Shown in pieces: positions 55,471 to 64,000 of a DNA stretch of 64,000 nucleotides; position 1 is the stretch's first letter; each line of letters begins with the position of its first letter. The stretch lies in the NCBI RefSeq assembly GCF_009914755.1, contig NC_060942.1; one strand, 5' to 3'. The notes under the pieces were generated by a model that ran no database searches, was not told where the DNA came from, and saw only the letters and a list, made by a program, of their open reading frames with translations. This DNA comes from the human T2T-CHM13v2.0 reference genome, Homo sapiens. The position numbers and the translations under genes are program-made.

Positions 55471-57139
55471 CTCATCTAATGATCTTCTCAACCGTTGGAA
55501 TAGAAAAAAATCAGCAACTCTTCCCAATTAGGCATGTCTTAAGATCCTGAAACATGGCAAATGGCATCTCTGTACTGTGAACCTGTCCTATCTGTTACCC
55601 CATTGCTGGTGCCATTTCCATGTGGCCGCTCTTGCTAAATCTTTTCTGTGCATATAATTCCCATGTTTGGGCGAGTGGGAGGGGGTTAGTCACCTGAGCA
55701 TGTTGGGAGTGGATGAGGACCTGCCCCAACTCTACTGCCTACCCCACATCCCAGTGCACTCCAAATCCCGGGCCCTTTACGTCTGCCCTTTCTCTATCAT
55801 CTAAGTAATTTACCATTTTTGCACCCATTTTTTTGTCTTCATATTTTGTGATTTGTAAGAACAGATGTCTCCTAGCTTTGTGAAAAGTGAAGTTTGGGTT
55901 TATTTTCTTGCCCTGATTGTATTGAGATAATTTTGGAAAAGACAAGGAAAAAAAATGTTGTTACTGTGCCAGATTAAATGGAAGGGCCTGGGACATTCTT
56001 GCTGTTGAATTCAGGGAGAACAGCAAGACTCAGGAGACAGGATCCCTCACACCTGGAGCTCCTTTCAACCCATTAGGGACATGCATGTGCGCTTCTAGAT
56101 GAATTTATCATTTAAAATGAGAACCTCTGTTTTCCATTAGCTTAAGAGGTTTTACTCAGCACCATATAGGAGTCAATTTAAGGGGTGCCCAGATCACTCA
56201 TAATCTTAGAGAAATAACTTTTAATTAAATTTCAATTAGTTGAACTTAAGTTGTGTTTGCTTGTTTAGAAGGTGTCTTTCCAAAATGAAAATAACGTATT
56301 GAAACTCAAACTGGTAAATATTATTCCTTAATATCATTTGTTCAAATTACAAAATCTCAAAGTTAGAGTTTGTTATATCTGGAAGGAATGGGTTAGAGGT
56401 CTGTTTCTGTGTTTATTGTAGTTTTGAGGTGAGACAAATTAAATACACATGGTTGGAAGCAGCGCCATTCGGAATTCAGCACTAGGTTGTATTTGTTGTG
56501 GGTGTGGATTACTTGCAGCTCTGAAGCTTTTGCTCAGAGACAAAGGCCTCTTCCTGGTTTCTTTAAGAGTAGGCACTGTTGAACTGTTTCCTCTCTCACC
56601 CTTCCCGCTCTTCCCTGTGTGAGGGTCTTCACAAACATCTGGCCTTGTAGGGTGTGATGACCTGTCTCTATTGGAGAAATTGGGGCCCCAAGTCTGGAAC
56701 GGGGCTGGTGGGGACAGTGAGAGACCCTGCAGGCTTGCATCCAGATCAGGATGGGATTTCATACACTTACTGCATTGCCATGCAGAGTGGGGCCTCCTCT
56801 GCTGGGCCTCAAATGAGTCAGGATGAACTCATCATTGTAATCAAGGGTCATTTCTGACAGTCACCTCGGAAACACAGGAGGAGACAGGTCTCCCGGGTGG
56901 GGAAGAGCAATGGCCAGGTGTGACTACAGCACCAATCTCTCCATCCTCCTTATGACGGGCACAGGGGCCGAGCCCCCAACAGGCTCTGGGGTGCAGAAAC
57001 CTCACAAGAGGAACAGAGACACCTGTCTTTTTAAGGCTGATCAAGATATGATTTGTATCCTGAGGAAAACAGTAATGGAAGCCACTTTGTTGTAAGACCC
57101 TTCTAAGTTCTCTTGGTCTCTTGGGGTTGGATTCTGTTA

Positions 57140-57330
57140 CCGGGGTTTCTCCACCTCAGCACTGTCAGCACCTGGAGCTGATTGTCCCTGAGGGTCTGTC
57201 CCAGGCATTGGAGGGTCCCCAGCAGCTTCTCTGGCCTCCACCCATGCGACACCAGTAGCATCCAGGCATCATTGACAACCCAAATGGTTCCAGACATCGC
57301 CAGTGTCCCCCAGGACAGCATTACCCTGTC
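57140..57330 (-). mobile_element. MER20
   Basis: gggtttctc.acctcagcact; ctggcctc.accca; ccagtagca; tgacaacc.aaa...tccagacat.gcc. Confidence 0.8.
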
Positions 57331-59769
57331 CATTACCCTGGGTTTAGAACCGCAAGGTCACTCACTGGCTCAGAAAGATAACTATTATTTAAATTAGAGT
57401 GGCAAAAGGAGCGTGTCTCCTGATATTTTACCAAGAATAGCTCTAAAACAATACTTGATATACGTATTTTTAAATCAAAGATTGGCAGCTGGGAGTCCCT
57501 GAGCCATGCTGCTGATGGAGGTCTGTTGTGGCTTCATTTTTTCTCTTGTGTGTGTGTGTGTGTGTGTGACTGTCACTGTTTCTGTTTTGCTCATGGTCTG
57601 CATGCTTGTGAACACAGCTCATGCTCTGGCTGGAGAGAAGCGGTTGCCTCATGACCGGGCAGGGGTCTTCCTCCGGGAGATCCCATCCTCCCACCCACAG
57701 CCATGGTGGCCCTGCACCTGCAGGTCAGGGCCGCCTCCTTCTCTGACTGTCCCTTGTTCCTCCTGCTGGCTTCTGCATCTCATTTTGCTGATATGAGACC
57801 CTGCTGCGCCGATCTGCTGTGACAGCCTCCTGCACGGGTTTCTCCAGCTTCCTCATAGCTCTCAGGCCAGAGAGAGCACCCCGACCCCCACAGCCTCCCA
57901 TGACAGGGCCCTGGAGCTGGTGGAGCTGCTGGAGCTGTCGTCCCTGCGGCTGGTTGCTTTCTGGTGGCCGAAGGCTTTCTTCATCTTCAGCTCCATGAGA
58001 AACTGGAAGTGGTTGTCAGTAACAATCTTACAAGAGTTGTCATCTTTTTGGATCTTTCTAGATGTTTCTGGCCTTCTCTTTCCGGAGCCTCCTTCCATTC
58101 CCAGCAGGTCTTACATCTTCCTGTAAAAGTCTCTCACCTCTAGAAGGACCTTCCTGTCTGGCCCCTTGCCCCCTGCCGTCTGTACCTTCCACAATGAATG
58201 ACATCTTCTCCTCCCAGTCAAAGCTTTCAACGCGGGACTTACCTGCATTGGTGTCTTCTTCAGAAGGTGGCGAGTGATTTATTCCAGAAGAAACACTGTG
58301 GAGATCTTTCCCAGCAGCGGGCTGTCCTCAGAGAGGGCCTCCACGTGGCTCTGTCCACAGCCCCAGGTGCTGATGCCTTTCTGGAGCCTCGAGCCTCTGT
58401 TTCGCTCCAGCCTGCAGCAGACACCCTTGGATACCACTGCAGCTTGATGTGGCCACCGCTCGGCTTGCCAAGGGGCCTGCATGAGTCCTGGCCTCAGTCC
58501 TCATTGTCTGATCACTAAGATCAGGGCCACTGCTTGCATTTTTCAAACGATTCGAGGCCGAGAGGATGGGCCTGTGGAATGGGGGTGGTGGAACCTCTCG
58601 ATGTGAGCTTGCCTTTGAGGGCGAATGTGATCAATCCCTCCCTTCTGGCTTCTTTATCCCATGACTGGCAGGGATTCTGGAGGTAGTTATGACCAATATT
58701 TACTTCCACTCTCTGTATCGTATCAGAGCAACATAGCACAATAAAACCTTTCACTGTCTCGGAGCCCGTGCGCTTGCTGTTGTGAGCGTGTATTGGTGGT
58801 GCAGACCGGCCTGTCGGCTCCGCAGGCCAACCCAGACATCGAGCTTCTGAGTTCAGGAACAGCACGTGCAGGAGGGGATGTTCGGTCCTGCCCTGCACTC
58901 CGTTATGTCTGCTTCATTAAATGTATTTGCTACATGTTTGCTTCATTAAATTTGTTTACTTAGTGAATGAATTCTAACCAAATGCCTTCATAACTTTCTC
59001 AGTAATTCCTGACTTGCCTCATTTGGAAGGGAAAGATGGATATAAACCCAGGCTGTTCATGTCGCTTTATTTGACAGGAATGGCCACTCATGGTGGGGCT
59101 GCCAAGGCTGCACGGTATCTCTCCTGTCTGAGGAACTCAGGCTGAGGACAAGGAGGGCCCGGCTCCCACTTCAACCCAGCACAGCCGCAGCTGCAGAGCA
59201 GTGACCTGTGTCAAGAGCATTTTGCAACACTAGTGCTTTTCTGTCCTTTAAGAAAAATGTGAGCCCTATTGCATACTGGGACTCCAATTTATACTTCTGA
59301 AGCCAAAATGATATCTGTGACCCATTTTAAAGTTAAATAAGTAAGTTGATAGATGGGAAGATGCATGACCATAAGAGCTGATAATTTCCTGCGGCTTCCC
59401 TAAGCCTGCCAGCTCTGGTTTAGAGAACTCACAGGCGCACACATGCAGCCAGGGAGGCTGAGGGTCCATCTGGCTCAGCCTCCACTGGCCATGGCCGTGC
59501 CTGGCCTCTGGAGGGCAACGACTCCCTCGATGTGAGTGAATGAATGAATGACACAGTGTGTGCCTGGCCTGTGATGGGCTTTTATTGTGTGAGTGGAAAC
59601 TTGGATGAACAGGGCGTTCCCAGCACAACAACATCCATCTGGGCTTCTGAGGGTATGGGAAGCAGCAGAGAATTCATCCCAGCAGAAGACGCTGGTTTGG
59701 AAACAATCCAGTCCCAGACATGCCCTAGCCTTTTTTTAGCTGTGATGGCAGCATCCATCTTTCCCCTCC

Positions 59770-60030
59770 CGGAAGTGCCTGTTACCATCTGTAGCCTGGA
59801 CACCTGCAATAGCCGCCTATCTCTCCTCTCAGTCCATTCTTCTGGTTGGTTTTCTGTACTGTAGACAGGTGATTTTTCAAAATCACAAACCTTGTGGGCC
59901 CTTTCTCTGCTCACCACCTTCTAGTGGGCTCTCATTGTTCTGAGGGTAAAGAGGGAAACCCCAACAGGACCTGGACGGCCCGCCAGAGCTGGCCACCCCT
60001 TCCCCTCCAACCTCATGTTGTGAGATTCTC
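59770..60030 (+). mobile_element. L2 fragment
   Basis: cctggac..ctgcaatagcc.cct; gtgatttt..aaaat.acaaac; ccttc.agtgg..ctc.cattg.tct.aggg.aaa. Confidence 0.6.
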
Positions 60031-60060
60031 ACAGATACACACTGTTCTCCGAAGCCCTAT

Positions 60061-60140
60061 GCTCCTTCCCGCTGCTCCGTGCTCCCTCCCGCTTCCCCGT
60101 GCTCCCTCCCGCTGCCCCGTGCTCCCTCCCGCTGCCATGT
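60061..60140. repeat. GC-rich 20-bp minisatellite, 4 copies
   Basis: GCTCCCTCCCGCTGCCCCGT-like unit in exact 20-bp register. Confidence 0.92.
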
Positions 60141-60174
60141 GCGGCGTCTTCTGCTGGGAGTAATTCTCTGCTGC

Positions 60175-60430
60175 TTCCCATCTTCCTCTCCATCTGCACT
60201 CCTCTCTCTCTCTCTTTCTTTCTCTCCTGTCTGTTGGTTTCTGTCACTCTGTTTTTCTGTCTCCATTTCTTTCTCCTTCCCTCTCTGCCTCTCTCCCTCT
60301 GTCTCTCCCCCTTTTCTCTTTGTCTCTCTGTCCTCTTTCTTCTCTCTCCTCTTTCTCCATTTCTGTTTCTCTGTCTCCACTTCTCTTGCTCTCTTCCCCT
60401 CCTTTCTCTCTCTTCACCTTTCCTTCTCTT
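60175..60430. repeat. CT-rich low-complexity tract
   Basis: Direct reading; source of the SLSF/ERKR junk ORFs. Confidence 0.9.
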
Positions 60431-60547
60431 TGGTTCTGTGTTCAGCTCATGGCTGTTCTGGTTTCGGCCTCAACACCATTTCCTCGGAGACAGTCTCCGT
60501 GAGGCCCAAGGTACTTGTTTATATTCCTTCATGAAACTATGCACTCT

Positions 60548-60849
60548 TTTTTCTCTTCTTTTCTTTCAGTGGGGTCTTGCTCTGTCACCCAGGCTGGAGT
60601 TCAGTGGTGCGATCATAGCTCACTGCAGACTTGAATTCCTGGGCTCTAGCGATTCTCCTATCTCGGCGTCCTGAGTAGCTGGGCCCACAGGTGAGCACCA
60701 TCATGCCTGGCTAATTTTTAATTTTAATTTGTAGAGATGGGATCTCCCTATATTGCTCAGGCTGGTCTCAAACTCCTATGCTCAAGTGATCCTCCTGCCT
60801 CAGCCTCCCAAAGTGCCGGGATTATAGACGTGGGCCAACGCACTTGGCC
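60548..60849 (-). mobile_element. AluJ
   Basis: gatcatagctcactgcag; ctcaagtgatcctcctgcctcagcctcccaaag; near-TSD atgcact.ttt. Confidence 0.9.
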
Positions 60850-60999
60850 ATCATGCACTTTTCAATAGCCAAGTTATAATTTGTAATTACAGATTTATTT
60901 TGTCATTATTTGACCAATACCTATCCCTCCCCATAGGGCAGAGGCTGCTCACTCTTTTAACAACAAATATTTATTGAGCTTCTGCTTGTATCAGGCACG

Positions 61000-61180
61000 T
61001 CTGTGTTGTCCACCAGCCACGGTTGGCTATTGAAATTGAGTGAAAGCGAAACAAAGTTAAAAAAACTCAGTTCCTCACTCACACTGGCCACATTTCAAGA
61101 ATTCAATACCCACGTGGGACTAGTAGATACTGTGTTGGATAGTGCAAAGTTATATAACATTTCTATCAGGTGATATTGGT
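61000..61180. mobile_element. MER3/MER33-like hAT MITE inside an L2 fragment
   Basis: tcagttcctca.tc.cact.gccacatttcaag...tcaata.ccac.tg.g.ctagt; flanked by the L2 motif aacaaatatttattgagc. Confidence 0.7.
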
Positions 61181-63120
61181 CTAGATTCTGAAGAGTCCAC
61201 AGTGAATAAGACAAAACCCTGTGTCTGCAGAGTGACCTCTCTGGGTGACCGTCTATTCGTGTCAAGCCTCATAAGGTCTGCCCAGAGCCATGTGCACCAA
61301 GTATTAGTGGAGGAAATTAATTACTAAGAGGTTTCCTGAAAGGGCAATACTAGGGTTATCAAGGACACCCATGTAGAGAATTCATCCTATACATCACGTA
61401 CATGTAAATGATGTGTGTGAGTATTTAACAAGACTGTCTCACAATATTTACATGCCTGTCTCCCTTCCGTGTTAAGTAGAACAACAAACAGGGAGAATCG
61501 GAGGTGGTTCAGCAGCCTCCCCACGCTTCCTGATGTTCAGAAGTCTTTCCTTTTTTCTATAAGTGAAGGTTCATCTCAAGCTTTGATAAATACTATAAAG
61601 AATTCTTTGATGAAAGGCAAAGGTGAGAATGGAAAATATATGTAGGAAAAGTAAGCAGTAGTCTTTGCTTACTGTTTGATGGTACTTTTTCTTTTCATCA
61701 TTGCAAATTTGTTTCATGTTTTTAGTGTTTTAAAAGAGAATTGCAGCCACTACTCATATTTTTTCTATGTGTTTCTTTTTGCTTCACTGATATGAAGAAG
61801 TAGAGAAAGCAATGATAGTGTAATTAAATCTATTAACATATATAACCTAAAAATGTGGAGATGAGATAGAAAACTTCTTACGAAGTTAATAATTCAGTTG
61901 AGTTCTGTGTAGACAAACAGTCGGCTTGTCTATTCCTTTTAGCCCTGTAGCTTAGGGGAGGATACAGTTCTGTTGCTGATTCATCCCGTTCAGCCTGCAC
62001 AAGCTGTCCCAGAACCACCAGAGAACTTGGACGCCTTTGCCTCCCCCACAGCCAAGGGCCCTGCTGGGAGAAGTGGAGTCGAGTTGGTGTAGAATGTTTC
62101 CCCTGGGTGCTCAGGGCATCTGTTGAATGGGTTGTGGGCTAGAGGGAGGAAAATTCACTCTGGTAAGCTCAGGCCCAGAGGTGTGCAGAGATTTTCCTGT
62201 CCATCTCTGGGTTCAGAGGGACAGGAAAGAGCCACAGGGGCTTTGCCCGGGACACTTTTGGATGCTCCTGGCTGGAAGGACCAGGCAGGCAGGGGGAGGG
62301 GTGTGAGCAGATGGATGGGAGTGGCCATGGCATGGCCTTCTCTGTGATTTATCCCTCCCTCTCTAACGTTTTTATAAAAAAGAAAAATCAGTTTGGCAAA
62401 ACTAGATGAGCTGAATGCTCCTAACTATTGCTGTTTGTTGAAATGACCTGCGGTGATAGCTGGTCCGCGTGGGATGAAACCTGCATGGACTGACAGGCTT
62501 AGTGATGTATGCCACCAGAAAATGTCCCCAGTTCTTTTGGAAATATTAATGCTGAAAAGTGAGAAATAAAACAATACCATTTGTGAAATAGTAAAAACGA
62601 GAAACCCTAGGCTTATTTTCAGTCCTGCCCTGGAAACCCTGTAATAATTAAGATTTTTCTAGAAAACTCTTGAGAGGTGAAAAGCCCTGGGTGGAAGGAC
62701 ACGCCCTGCTGTATGCTACATGACCTCGGAAGATACTCGTGATTCTCTTGATCCTTCTCTGTAAAATGGGGCACACCACACATCTCCACCAGGGGCACTA
62801 CACAGGGCTCAGGATGAAGCCCTCACACGGCAGGAATTTCAGAAATCTCAGCTGGCAGCAAATTTAGAAGCCCTGAATTATTGATAGCATATTTTCTCTC
62901 CTGCCTGAATCCAAAGGCTTTGTGAGGTCAGGACCACGCTGGCTGAGTGCCCAGGGTGCTCCAGGGTCGGGGCACGTGCTCAGACACATGCAGAGAACGA
63001 CTGAAAGTTGAAAGGGGTTCAGTTAACTCCAAGTCCACGCATTCAGCAGATTATGTCCCACGAGAAACACACCAGAGAGATGCCGACCAAAGACAGCCCT
63101 TGCTTCTGCAGTCACTAGTG

Positions 63121-64000
<880 letters not shown>

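Noticed and set aside
57862-58280. Processed pseudogene suggested by protein-like minus-strand translation (KIQKDDNSCKIVTDNHFQFLMELK)
   Set aside because: No parent protein recognised, no poly(A) tail or TSD seen, and frames are interrupted. A TBLASTX search would settle it.
60029-60674. 151-aa and 191-aa hydrophobic, membrane-protein-like ORFs
   Set aside because: They are translations of the minisatellite, the CT-rich tract and an antisense Alu.
62785-62800. CTCF-like CCACCAGGGGCAC
   Set aside because: One G short of the core spacing and inside a MIR relic; not supportable.

Overview
This is primate (most likely human) genomic DNA, not microbial. It is non-coding: intronic or intergenic. 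It is dominated by interspersed repeats recognised by eye against remembered consensus sequences: about 16 Alu/FLAM/FRAM copies, L1 fragments from L1PA4/5 to L1ME, L2 and MIR relics, MaLR LTRs (MLT1, MST, THE1), ERVL LTRs (MLT2), a solo MER11 (HERV-K11/HML-8) LTR, and DNA transposons (Charlie1, Tigger3, MER1B, MER20, MER5A, MER3). No ORF in the track is a credible protein-coding gene; the recognisable ones are Alu, L1 ORF2 or low-complexity translations. I see no rRNA, tRNA, CRISPR array or operon, and I cannot support a claim of a new biological system. The best second-look items are: (1) a fold-back MLT2A LTR; (2) a 54-bp CpG-rich VNTR amplified from a MER5A end, with a 108-bp higher-order period; (3) a cluster of POU octamers with a tandem doublet and an ETS site near 6.4-7.3 kb; (4) GC-shifted ancient repeats at 19-21.5 kb suggesting GC-biased gene conversion; (5) scattered splice-site pairs suggesting spliced non-coding transcripts; (6) multi-layer nested insertions with intact target-site duplications (TSDs). 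Subfamily calls and boundaries of old repeats are approximate and need RepeatMasker/Dfam confirmation.
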